A DNA stretch of 64,000 nt, taken from NCBI GenBank assembly GCA_951406725.2, contig OX597826.1, forward strand, positions 1,550,001 through 1,614,000, written 5' to 3'. This document shows, piece after piece, positions 24,331 to 36,546 of this stretch; the first letter of the stretch is position 1, and each line of letters begins with the position of its first letter. The notes under the pieces are model-generated. The model saw only the letters and a list, made by a program, of their open reading frames with translations, was not told where the DNA came from and did no database searches. This stretch comes from Octopus vulgaris. Its lineage: Eukaryota. The translations under genes and the position numbers were made by a program.

Positions 24331-24661
24331 GTGGAGATGCAATGGCCCAGTGGTTAGGGCAGCGGGCTTGCGGTCGGAGGATCGCGATTTCAATCCCCAG
24401 ACCAGGCGTTGTGTGTGTTTATTGAGCGAAAACACCTAAAAGTCCATGAGGCTCTGGCAGGGGCTGGTGGCGACCCCTGTTGTACTCTTTCCCTCCAACT
24501 TTCTCTCACTCTTTCTTCCTGTTTCTTGTTCCCGACTTCCTACGCAACTGCTGAGCCTGGATGTGCATTCATCCATCCGTCGATGCTCTCGGTGTCGGGG
24601 GTTGACCTGCTTTCTCTTCTGCGGGTCTTACGAATAGCAAAGGACCACGTTTCGGACTTCT
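24331..24661 (+). mobile_element. SINE family C variant (shared head, different 3' half)
   Basis: The first ~190 nt align with the start of 19431-19733; the sequence after CTCTTTCTTCCTG is unrelated. Confidence 0.75.
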
Positions 24662-26111
24662 CCCACTACAGAGGTGCGATCTTGTGAGCTCTGGGATGAA
24701 GATAAAATCAGAGTAAAAGACCCACTGACCATCCCTGGATCAGTTGCTCTTTTCTGTCTCAAATCGATGGTTGTTATGGCTAATATTAATTCTTTTAATG
24801 TTCAAAGCCTGCATTCACATGAACAGAGAAAACTGTTACGACTGGAGACATAAATAAGAATAAGTTTAGTCGGCTGATCTTTATCACCATCTTAAGTATG
24901 GAGTTTATGCAAAGACACTGCTTTGACTAAAGATACAAGTGAGCGTGAGGTTATTTGGGTGATCTTAAGTTAACTTCAGAGTTGATGCCAGTACGTATAA
25001 TATCACCGAGCAATCAGCTTCGTTTCTTTCCTTTTATTATTGTCGTTTGCTTTTATTAACTGAAAGCTTTTAACAGTGAATTAACAAACTCGCAGTATAA
25101 AAATGAATGAGAGAGGAAATTTAAGATTTCAGAAGTTAATAAAAATGCCAATGGCACAAGAATTAATCCAACCCAAGTAACAAAATTAATAAACAGGTTG
25201 CTTAAAATAAGCTTAAAATAAATCTTTTCTTCTTTTACATTTTATGAGATGGAACAAACTTTCCCAATGTTATTGGTTTAACCTAGTTTGTTAAATAACA
25301 GGTTCGAAGCAGTGACTAAAAAAAGTGGTTGAGCAGTTTTTCATAGATCAGACTCTGCTTTCAATTTAACCAATATTTCATGATCTCTATTTTACAGAAT
25401 CATAATGGGCAACACAATAAAGTAACACATAGGATTAGCCAGGATTTGAACCAAGGATTAGGGGTCCTGGTTATTTAAGTTATTTAACTATATCCACCAT
25501 TAGTCATCTAATTTACCTTTTATTTTTCACTCGTTACAGTCATTGGACTGAGGCCATGCTGGAGTATTGCCTTGAAGAGTTCAGTTGAACAAACCTAGCT
25601 CAGAATATTTTTTTTGTTTTTACCTCTGGATCTTATTCTATTGGTCTTTTTTTTTCTAATTATAAAGTTACGAGGATATAAATAAAGGAACACAAGGTGT
25701 CAAACAAGCAGCGGGGACAAATACACACACATTTACATATATATATATACACACCACACACGTGTGCATGCACACACACATGATGGATTTCAATGCAGTT
25801 TATATCCATATAATTCCTTATCAATTGTTGAGCAGGTTTAAACCCATTTGTCCATCTCTGTTCAATCCTCTCATGCCCACCTCATGAGAAACACTGACTA
25901 AGACTCATACATGAGTTCATTCATGAATTTGTTCATTCTGTGTTTGAGCCTTGTGAGTGGATTTGGTTGACAGAAACTAAAGGAAGCCTGGCATATATGC
26001 TAACATGTATTAAATGAATCTTCCCTTTCATGTTTCACCACTTATAACCCTCATCTTTTCCTTTGTGAGGTCCAGCATTCTCAGGTCAGCCTTCACTACT
26101 TTTTCTCATGC

Positions 26112-26530
26112 TTAGTTCTGTCTTAAGCCATGGGCACAATGGGCAGTTACCTAGGGGCCCAAGTATGATCTATGTATGCCATGGCTTGCTGTCAATACAT
26201 ACTACGGGGCCTTGTGCAATAATTTTCTGAGGGGCTGCAAGGGTCTGGGACCCAATTCTGATCTATGCATGCTATGACTTTCTGTCAATAAATAAATATT
26301 ATAGGGAGCAGCTCAACGATTTTCCTGGGGGCCTCATGAGTCTAGGGTCCAATTCTGATCTATGTATGCTATGTCTTGCTGTCAATAAATAATTACAACA
26401 GGGCCCAGTACATTGAGCTATGGCCAAATTCTGATCTCTATATGCTGTAGCTTGCTATCAATAAATAAATGCCATAGGGCCCAGTGCATCGATTTGCCTG
26501 GGGGTTTCTAATGCTCCTAAGATAGTTCTC
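26112..26530. mobile_element. Non-autonomous hAT-like element with internal ~75-95 bp tandem repeats, inserted in an RTE remnant
   Basis: Four units of CCAATTCTGATCTATGTATGCTATG..TTGCTGTCAATAAAT. Termini CTGTCTTA / TAAGATAG are inverted, CTCATG is present on both flanks, and the flanks join into RTE sequence like 5630-5725. Confidence 0.55.
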
Positions 26531-28912
26531 CTCATGTCTTCCTTGCACATATTCTTCCACAATCCATTGTCACCTAATTATCATTGTTCATATGCATCAC
26601 ATGACAATACAGATGAAGTCTTCTCTCTTGCAAATTTGTAGCTGATTTTTCTGCTGCCCATTTTTTTTTCTCTCGGCTCATCTGTTTTATCATTTATTCT
26701 TATTGAAATTACACATCCAGTGAAGCACGTCCACCTCATTTCTTTCCAGTCTTTGCACATTCTCTGCATTTCGTGCTCTTAGATACCACTGAACACACAC
26801 TGTAAAGTGGTTGCTATCAGCAAAAGTATCCAGTTGTAGACAACATGAAACCATGCTAAAGTGATTTAGGGGTGGGGTCATCAAAGCCCTATTGGCTCAC
26901 TGACCCTGTCAAACTGTCCCGACCTTTGCCAGCATGGAAAACAAATGCGAAATAATGATGATACATATGAATGTGTATGTCTGAGAAAATGCACAAACTT
27001 GTGAGATAGTACTGACAAAAAATAGCTACAAAACAACGCCCACACACAAACATATTCCAAAACATGTTTAAAATGCTTATATATGCATTTATAACACACA
27101 CACATCGTATATATGTATATATATATAGATTTACAGTAATATATATTCATATAATGAATCAACCCTCACATCTGTTCTTAGGCTATTTTCCAAATTTGTA
27201 ACTCTTTAAGGCACGTATTAACAGCAATTTTAATTACCTCCCTTAGTTAAATGTTTTCCCAGGAAAACATTAGCAAACAATAATTTGTAATTGACTTGTA
27301 TTCACTTGTATGTATGTGTGCATATATATACACACACGCACTCACACACACACTATTTCTTTATTAAACACGCACTCACACACACACACACACAACCGTG
27401 CTTGCCCACACACAACCACATGTAAACATCACACAGATGCATACGAAACGCCCTCATTTATCACATCACTGGTGCATCCTCCGCTCTTCCAAGCATCATT
27501 ACAGATGGACATTTCAAAACATTTTACTCAGTTGGTGCCATAGATATAACATCGACTACACCAGCACCACCATCACCCACCTCCACTCACACAACTACAA
27601 AAAAAACCCCCAACAAAACAAAACAAACACACACCAAATATATACCTGCCCTTCCTCACCAAATTACTCTGCTCCACCCCCAAAATTTCAAGAAAACGAA
27701 ACAAGGTACAAAATCTAAAGAATTAACTTAAGGATATTTTTTTTCTTCTTTTTTTCCTGAAGTTTTGGTAAATAATCATCCGAGTAATTCAAGTGAAACG
27801 GAGCTTTTTATGTTTAAGTGTGTCTGAAATCTGGGATTACCATTAACGTCCCTCAATAGCTATTTACAACAACATCTTGGCATCAATGCAGTTTTCTACA
27901 TCTGCTACCTCATTTCATAACATTCCGTCATCACCATCATCAGCATCATGATTGTGATCACCATCATCATAATCCCATCACTATCATCATCATCACACTG
28001 CTACCACCACCATCGTCATCGTCATTGTTCCAACCCTTGGCCTTACCATCGCATGATTCTTACTCTCCCTCATTCTCATCGTCTAGTTTTATCCTTTTCC
28101 TCATCACCACCATAAAGCTTTAAGCTTCATCTTTCCTTTACTCTGCCTCTTCGTTCTCCTCTTTATACTCATTTAATTCCATCCTTACCTCCTTCACTAC
28201 CACTTGCAGCAACAGTCCCACCGCCACCATGACCACCACTACCACCATCATCATCATCATCATCAACAGTTTTTATTGCTATACAAACTCACCAAGATTA
28301 TTACGATATGCACAATCACTTTTGTCCCCCACAAACTGTCAACCACCACCACCGCAATACCTATCAATATTCCTGCCAACCACCACCACCTCCACCACCT
28401 CCACCATCATTCTGGTTAGCACTCTCACCATTACCATAATTATTCCAACTTGTCATGAATAGCAAGTGTAACAGCAACAACAACAACAGCAACAAGAGAC
28501 ACCGTGGCAGGACATCATCATTTCTAGAAGCTCCATCACTGCTACCATCACCACTGCTTTAGTCGTTTCCCCACTAGTGTCACTGGTATCAACACCAGCT
28601 GTCAGATGCAACACTAGAAACAGCAATGTAGTCATTCTTTTATTTGTTTCAGTCATTAGACTGTGGCCATGCTGGGGCACCACCTCGAAGAATTTTTAGT
28701 TGAATGAGTCAACTCCAGAACCAGTTCTTCTTTTAAGCTTGGTGCTTATTCTTTTGGTCTCTTTTGCCAAACCACTAAGTAAAGGGGATGTAAACACACC
28801 AACATTGGTTGTGAAACAGTGTTGGGACAGACAGATAGAGATACACAGATACACACAAACACATGCAAACACAAACACACAGACAGACACACAGACAGAC
28901 AAGCAGACGTGC

Positions 28913-28966
<54 letters not shown>

Positions 28967-29354
28967 ATGTATGTATAAGTGCCAATGCATGAAACTCATG
29001 AACCTCAAGTGACTCTGTAGCTTCAGCTAAACAGTAATGGTTTCAAATTCCGGCACAAGGCCAGCAATTTCAAAGGAGTGAGTAAGTCAATTACATCAAC
29101 CCCATTATTTAACTGGTACTTCTTTTATTGACCTCATAAGGATGAAAGGCAGAGTCAACCATGACAAAATTTCAACTAAGATCATAAGGACAGTCAAAAG
29201 CCTGCTATCAATTCTGCCAGCTCAATATCAATTGAAATATACATAAACTCATATTTTGAGATCTATTTTCTCTGTTTAATCAACATATATGACAGGCTTC
29301 TTTCAGTTTCCATCTACCAAATCCACACAAGAGTTTGCTTGGCTTGAGGCTATA

Positions 29355-29582
29355 TTCTTTTATTTGTTTCAGTCATTTGACTACAGCCATGCTGGAGCAC
29401 CGCCTTTAGTTGAACAAACTGATCCCAGGATTTATTCTTTGTAAGCCTAGTACTGATTCTATTGGTCTCTGTTGTCGAACCGCTAAGTTATGGGGACGTA
29501 AATACACCAGCATTGATTGTCAAGCGATGGTGGGGGGACAAACACATACACACAAGCATAAACATATACATATAATAATATA

Positions 29583-29619
<37 letters not shown>

Positions 29620-29844
29620 CATACATATATGTACATACCTGCATATGTATATATACCTGCATATATGGGTACAGGACATCAAAAAAATGTGAACAAAATA
29701 AAAAACGAAAACATAACAAAAACATGGGAAACAAACTTTTTTTTCAAACAACGAAAGAAACAAATAGAGAAACAAGACAGGTAAGTAAGTACGTACGTAC
29801 GTACATACATACATATATACATACATACATATACATATGTATAT

Positions 29845-29897
<53 letters not shown>

Positions 29898-29990
29898 CAA
29901 CAGGCTTCTTTCAGTTTCCGTCTATCAAATCCACTTACAAGGCTTTGGTTGACCGAAGGCTATAGAAGAAGACACTTGCCCAAGGTGCAA
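29355..29990 (-). mobile_element. SINE family A with an A-rich insertion in its microsatellite
   Basis: Tail at 29355-29560 and body at 29900-29990, separated by (TA)n tracts and a non-family A-rich segment at ~29665-29785. Confidence 0.8.
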
Positions 29991-30607
29991 CACATTGGGG
30001 GTGAGAAGGTCATCTGCTGGCTTGTTGCCTTCAGAGATGTGAAATAAAGGATCTCTTATTTGGACAACAGATAAGGCTTCATTAGCAGAAAGGCATCCGG
30101 CTTGGGCAAGTGTCTCCTACTGTAACACTGATCCAACAAAAGCCTTGCGAGTAGATTTGGTAGACAGAAACTGAAAGAAGCATATCATGTGTGAGTGTGT
30201 GTCCTTGTCTTCACATCATATGATGGTTCTAAATAAGCATCAACAGCAGACAAGCAAAGTTGATCATTTTCAGTCTTCTGTGAAGAAAATGTCTAACTGT
30301 GGGGAAAATATTATTTTACTTGGAAACAGGTGGCACAAAGGGCATCCAGCCATAGAAAATCTGCCTCAACAAATTCCATCTGACCCATTCAAATATGGAA
30401 AAGGGAACATTAAATGATGATGATACAGATGTGTGTGTACTTTTTTTCTAGTTATTGCTAGTTTGTCTTTACAGATAACAATTTAATTTACGGAGATGTA
30501 CTTGCATAGCAAGTGACTTGATCTGAGATCATGTGCTGGAACGAAATTTAATTTAATTCAATAGTCATCTTTTCTTTTATCAGTTGTTTATTTATTTGAT
30601 GACGATG

Positions 30608-30642
<35 letters not shown>

Positions 30643-30986
30643 CATAGCTGTAGGGATGACTGTGTAGTAAGAAGCTTACTTTCCAACCACATGGTTCCGG
30701 GTTCAGTCCCACTGCATGGTACCATGGGCAAGTGTCTTCTACTATAGCCTTGAGCCAACCAAAACCTTGTGAGTGGATTTGGTAGATGGAAATTGAAAGA
30801 AGCCCATTGTATATATACATAATAGGCACAGCAGTGGTTGTGGGGTAAGAAGCTTGCTTCCCAACCACATGGTTCTGGGTTCAGTCCCACTGCATGGCAC
30901 CTTGGGCAAGTGTCTTCTACTAGAGCCTCAGGCTGACCAAAGCCTTGAGAGTGGATTTGGTAGACAGAAACAGAAAGAAGCCCATC

Positions 30987-31011
<25 letters not shown>

Positions 31012-31022
<11 letters not shown>

Positions 31023-31363
31023 ATTCGAGACAAAACCACTATTTTAAAATCAAACAAGGAAATACTTAATCAATACATAAAATTTTAATATAAATTAAAT
31101 AAACCGCCACTACTTCATAATTTGATACTGATTAGAAGATCGAAAATCCACCTGAAGAATGTCAGTAGAGGACAGGAAACAATTGTAGTGGCAGTTTATT
31201 TAATTTATATTAAAATTTTATGTATTGATTAAGTATTTCCTTGTTTGATTTTAAAATAGTGGTTTTGTCTCGAATTATATTATATAATATTTTACTATAA
31301 AATTGGATTTAACCCTAAATCTGATTTTTCCCTGTAATTTTGGATTCATTCCCTAATATTTAT

Positions 31364-31365
<2 letters not shown>
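31012..31365 (+). mobile_element. Fold-back Penelope-like mini-element with a hammerhead in the loop
   Basis: About 102-bp arms (31012-31113 and 31185-31286) with one visible mismatch; (TA)n on both sides. Confidence 0.9.
31148..31191 (+). ncRNA. Minimal type-I hammerhead ribozyme
   Basis: CCAC-CTGAAGA-a-TGTC-agtagag-GACA-g-GAAAC-AATT-GTA|GTGG. Stem I is CCAC/GTGG, stem III is the palindrome ACAATTGT, and the cleavage triplet is GUA. Confidence 0.8.
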
Positions 31366-31410
<45 letters not shown>

Positions 31411-32094
31411 ATATGTTTGTGTGTCTGTCCCACCACCATTGCTTGACAATCGATGTTGGTGTGTTTACACCCCTGTAACTTAGTGGTTCATCAAAAGAGA
31501 CTGATAGAATAAGTACTCGGTTTACAAAGAACAAGTCCTGGAGTCGGTTTGCTCAACTAAAGGTGATGCTCTAGCATGGCCGCAGCCAAATGACTGAAAC
31601 AAAATCATATACATATATATATGTGTGCCCTTTCAGAGAAACTCAGTCTTTTCTGAGTGGCATATGACCCTGACACAGGAACTGTTGCCAGAGCAATCCA
31701 TGTCATATTCAACACTCAACAAGCGACGTTGTGCAAGTGTCAAAGATTACTATGCAAATAATTCATCAGATCAATACAGAATCATATGATATTTAATGCT
31801 CTCAACTAATGACTCATGTCTTCACAGCATTGTCTCTGCTGATTTTTTTCTTCATATTCTTTATATTAATAAAGTCTGGTCTACACCAGCTCTTGACAAG
31901 GAGATTTTTGACAGACTTATGAATGATTAAGCCTACTTATTTATGGCTTTCTCTTGAATATATACAACAGAGTATATATTATTATGATAATTTGTTGGGT
32001 ATTTTTTTAATTTTTCACTTGGTAGAGGCATAATTAATTGAATCATTTCTTGTATGAGTTCCTGCTTTGTGTTTTGAGTATCATTTATCTAGAG

Positions 32095-32553
32095 CAGGTC
32101 TGACCAATTCGAATTACATTGTGGGCCACTTTAATCACAGGAAGTTTATTGAGGGCCGCTTGTATACTGACAGAATTGAAAGCATTTTGCTTTCTCGTGC
32201 TATTATTACAATAATGAGTGAATGATCGTTGAGTCAACATGAAATATTATCGTTGCAAAAACAGGAGTATCTTTCTTTTTTACTTTTCATTACAATCTTT
32301 AATCATTGATAAAATTTTTTTAATGTTTGTTTAAATAAACCCATTTCAAGAAAGTATCAAGTGGGCCACAATATAAAAGTCTGTGGACTGCAAGATAAAA
32401 GTCTGCAGGTCACAAAATAAAAGTCTATGGGCCACAAGAGTTTGAGGGTTGCAAGATGAAAGTTTGCTGGCCGCAAGTGTCTGAGGGTTGCAAGTGTCTG
32501 AGGGTTGCAAGTGTCTGAGGGTCGCAAGATAAAAGTCTGCAGATCAACCTGTG
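32095..32553 (+). mobile_element. hAT-like element remnant with subterminal tandem repeats
   Basis: Starts CAGGTCTGACCAA...GTGGGCCAC; ends in AAAGTCTGYGGGYCRCAA-type units and three GCAAGTGTCTGAGGGT copies. Confidence 0.45.
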
Positions 32554-32564
32554 GCCTATGCCAG

Positions 32565-33150
32565 TGATGTAACCAGCCCACTTATGCATACCTTTCTTTC
32601 ATTGGACACTAAACTCTGCTTGCGAAGACCTGTTGAGGCAAGTGAAATTGAAATCAAATTTGCTGACATGGCCGATGACAACACCACCTGACTGGCATCT
32701 GTGCTGGTGGAACGTTAAGAGCACCATCCGAGGATGATTGTTGCCAGGGCCACCGACTGGCTCTTGTGCCGGTGGCATAAAAAAAGCACCATTTGAACAT
32801 GATCGTTACCAGTGTCGCCTTACTGGCACTTGTGCTGGTGGCATGCGAAAAACAACATTCTAGCGAGGTCGTTGCCAGTGCTGCTGGACTGGCTCCTGTG
32901 CAGGTGACACATAAAAAACACCACTTGAGCATGGCCGTTGCCAGTACCGCCTGACTAGCCCTCATACCAGTAGCATGTAAAAGCACCCACTACACTCTCA
33001 GAGTGGTTGGCATTAGGAAGGACATCCAGCTGTAGAAACTCTACCAGATCAGATTGGAGCCTGGTGCAGCCATCTGGCTCGCCAGTCCTCAGTCAAATCG
33101 TCCAATCCATGCCAGCATGGAAAGCGGACGTTAAACAATGATGATGATGA
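32565..33150 (+). mobile_element. RTE-related 3' UTR / SINE-like repeat with five tandem units
   Basis: Same structure as 2690-3172, ending in (GAT)n. Confidence 0.75.
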
Positions 33151-34213
33151 TTTTAGTGTCCATTTTCCAGAGGGATAGAAATGTGTTTTGCTGTAGAGGA
33201 GATACATAGGTAACCAGTCTGCTGGAGAGGGAGAGAGAAAAAGAGAGAGAGAGAGGGAGAAGTGGAAGAGAGCAAGAGGGTGAGAGTGCAAGAGAGAGTA
33301 GAAGAGAGATGGTGAAGTGTCAGGGCATACCCTCAAGGTACAGGGCATCAGAATATAAATGGGACGATAGAGTATTGCCAAGGGTGCTGCACTTCACACA
33401 CACACACACACACACATATGCATTCTCAAATCTCTTGCACCTGTTCACAAGATATTTGATCTGTGGTCGTGGGTTCAGATTAAATTGCATTGCGTAAAAA
33501 TTGTTGTGATCATAGTTACCTGTGTACACTAGTGGGTATACTTTTACTAATCTTTTTTTGTGAATCAATGTCATTCATTGTATATCTACGATTTTTAAAC
33601 TGATAGTCTCCTTCTCTGAATCTCAAAGATACTTTGTAAAATATTTTATTACAATGCAACAAAAGCAAAGGAAAGTGAATATATGCTTTTAATACCTGCA
33701 ATAACTACCATGAAATTCAAGATGTCCAACCATAACCATCCACTCATTTTACCTTCTTATATGCCCTTCTTTATTTTATGATAACAAAGCATCATTTAAA
33801 GAACATTTAGCTACTCTTTCTGGCTGACAGAGCAATCACCTATTCGTTTCTTACTGTCCCGTTCAGTGACTGGTATTTTGTACAAGGACCAACATCAACC
33901 TCGTCGACAAAGAAGACATCAAAACTGTTTCAGCTAAAATTTGTTACCTGTAAAATACTGAAAATAGGAAAAGCATTTCTACTTCTCTCTGTTCAGTTTT
34001 ATTCTTTTTACTAGTATCAATCATTTGACTGTGGCCATGCTGGAGCACCGCCTTTAGTTGAACAAATCGACCTTAGGACTTATTCTTTGTAAGCCTAGTA
34101 TTTATTCTATCGGTTTCTTTTGCCAAACCACTAAATTACAGGGATGAAAACACACCAACATTGGTTGTCAAGCAATGGTGGTGGTGGGGGACAAACACAG
34201 ACACAGATACACA

Positions 34214-34249
<36 letters not shown>

Positions 34250-34254
<5 letters not shown>

Positions 34255-34590
34255 GTAATATGTGACAATTATTCGGTAGCCATGATAAAACTCCGAGTTT
34301 CGGATGTTGGGGCGGAAATCTACGCCATCATCTCTTCAGTTATCTGGCCACTGGAAAAAATGCTATGAAAATGACTGTTAAATGGTCAATTTCATAGCAT
34401 TTTTTCCGATTTTTTTTTCCGAATAACAGAAGAGATGGCGGTGTGGATTTCCACCCCGACATCCGAAACTTGGAGTTTTATCATGTTTATCATGGCTACT
34501 GAATAATTGTCACATATTACATTTACAGATAAATTCCTTTATTTACATAACATCGAGGTCTCTTTCCTTCTTTTGTTGTCTTACCATTTC
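34250..34590. mobile_element. Fold-back Penelope-like mini-element with a hammerhead in each arm
   Basis: Arms ~34250-34378 and ~34382-34525 fold around TGACTGT-taa-ATGGTCA. The element begins at the (TA)n of a truncated family A SINE (34000-34250). Confidence 0.9.
34284..34344 (-). ncRNA. Type-I hammerhead ribozyme with long stem II
   Basis: Minus strand GATAA-CTGAAGA-GATG-at-GGCG-tagatttc-CGCC-ccaa-CATC-c-GAAACT-cgg-AGTT|TTATC: 5-bp stem I, 3-bp stem III, GUU triplet. The mirror copy has CAGAAGA, a core mutation. Confidence 0.75.
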
Positions 34591-35329
34591 TCATCATCAT
34601 CATCATCGTTTAACGTCTGCTTTCCATGCTAGCATGGGTTGGACGATTTGACTGAGGTCTGGTGGACCAGATGGCTACACCAGACTCCAATCTGATCTGG
34701 CAGAGTTTCTACAGATGGATGCCTTTCCTAACGCCAACCACTCCAAGAGTATCAATCTATATATATTGACAGAAATGGCGATTTTTAGCATGTGTGTATA
34801 TGGGTGGAAATGAGCTGCTTGGTTGGGGGTCTGCACTCTCTGGGTGCTTTTCTAGTTTATTCACACAATTATAACGAATAATTCTGATAAACAGAACACA
34901 AGCAATATTAGCAACCTGAAATGTGCAGAATATATGGCCAGTAAATGGTGGATGTGTCAAAAAATGTAATCATCTATGCATCTACTGTCACATTTAACAT
35001 TAAACATCATGAAGTAAATTACATTGAAATGACAGCAAATCAATTTTTGATGAGTTGTATCATGTGTTTAGTGACACACTTATGCAGCTTTTGTAAAATG
35101 ACAGTCAACTAAAGTTTATCTGCTGGTATGTCTTGGACACACAGTCCAGTATTTACTGTAGCTTACAGACATGAGAAAAAAAATTCTTTTTGCAAAACAC
35201 AAAGCATACATTAACCCTTTAGCATTCAAATCAGCCATATCTGGTCTAAATATTCAACCAGTTTTATGTTAAAACTGATCAGGTCTGGCTTCTCATACCT
35301 ACCTTATAATATCTTTCTAAGCAATCATA

Positions 35330-36325
35330 TCATATACTACAATGCTCTTCCATCTATCTGGTAGACTTGCAACGCCCCTCTTCCAAAATTCACTTGTTCA
35401 AAATGAAAAATACTTGTCCAGTACTGTTCTGGTCTCCTCTACAGAATTCATTTTTTTCCGTTCAAATGTTTTTGAAGACTGCGGAATAAATGATAATTAG
35501 ATGGGGCAATATCTGTCGAATATGGTAGGTGGGGTATCGTTTCCCATTCAAACTGCTCCAGCCTTTGGAATGTCATCCTTGCTGTATGTGGGTGAGCATT
35601 ATCCTGATGGTAAAACACCTTTCATCTTGAACCCAAGCAGCTCATTTCCACCCAAATACACACATGCTTCCTCAATCTGCTTGCAGGAGGTCTCCTTTGT
35701 CATCATTTGGTTTGGGTTTACAAGTTCAAAGTGGACTAAGCCTTTCATATCCCACCAAACAGATAACAACACCTTACGTGGGTTAAGACCTTCTCTAGCC
35801 TGGGATGCCAGTGTTTCTCCTTTCCCTACCCACTGTCTCCAGCACTTGACATATTTATAGAGAACCCATTTCTCATTACCAGTCAAAAAAGAAAAGGTTC
35901 ATTCATGAGACGAGATAGCAAAAAAGAGCACACATTCACTCTCTGCACACGATTAGACTCAGAAAGTTTGTGAGGAACCCATGGACCTAATTTGCTGACT
36001 TTTCAGATGGCACCAGGTGTCAATGAATGGTTGAATGACCAAATCCAAGTTTCTCTACTAGTTCCTTAACAGTTATGATGGAATTTTTTTCCACCAGGGT
36101 TTGCAGGGCACCCTTGTCGAGCTCTACAGATCTTCCAGAATGAGGCTCATCTTCTAGGCTGTAGTTTCCCGCTCAGAATTTCTGGAACCACCATTGACAC
36201 TGGCTTTTGCTTATTGTCCAGTCCCCATATACTGCATTAATACTCCTCACAGTTTCCGTTGTGCTGTTACCTTTATTGAACTCATAAAGCAAAATATGCC
36301 GAATATGCTCCTTTGTAACTTCCAT
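35330..36325 (-). pseudogene. Mariner (DD34D) transposase pseudogene, nearly full length
   Basis: MEVTKEHIRHILLYEFNKG...INAVYGD, TGNEKWVLY, KVLLSVWWDMKGLVHFEL, YSTDIAPSNYHLFRSLQKHLNG and SLPDRWKSIV, with frameshifts and D-to-N changes at catalytic positions. Confidence 0.92.
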
Positions 36326-36513
36326 TATAGCTTTGAAAAAAAAAAAACTTAAAATCGAACTGCACTTTTCAAAATTTACACTAAGAATAAGGACAAAGTA
36401 AAATTATAACCAGCTTATATAGCAAGTTGATGCAGGTAGTATATCCCAGCCTCCTACACCCCAAAAATATGAAAGACAAAGTTCACCTTGGCAGAATTTG
36501 AACTGAGAATGTA

Positions 36514-36545
<32 letters not shown>

Positions 36546-36546
<1 letters not shown>

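Larger units (their letters stand above)
30825..31600 (+). mobile_element. SINE family A interrupted in its (TA)n by a hammerhead palindrome; preceded by a second head at ~30645-30810
   Basis: 5' half at 30825-31010 and 3' half at ~31368-31600. Confidence 0.85.

Noticed and set aside
26150-26510. CRISPR-like repeat-spacer array
   Set aside because: Eukaryotic context, degenerate repeats, spacers related to each other, no cas genes.
35599-35886. Active or domesticated mariner transposase
   Set aside because: Frameshifts, stops and substituted catalytic aspartates.
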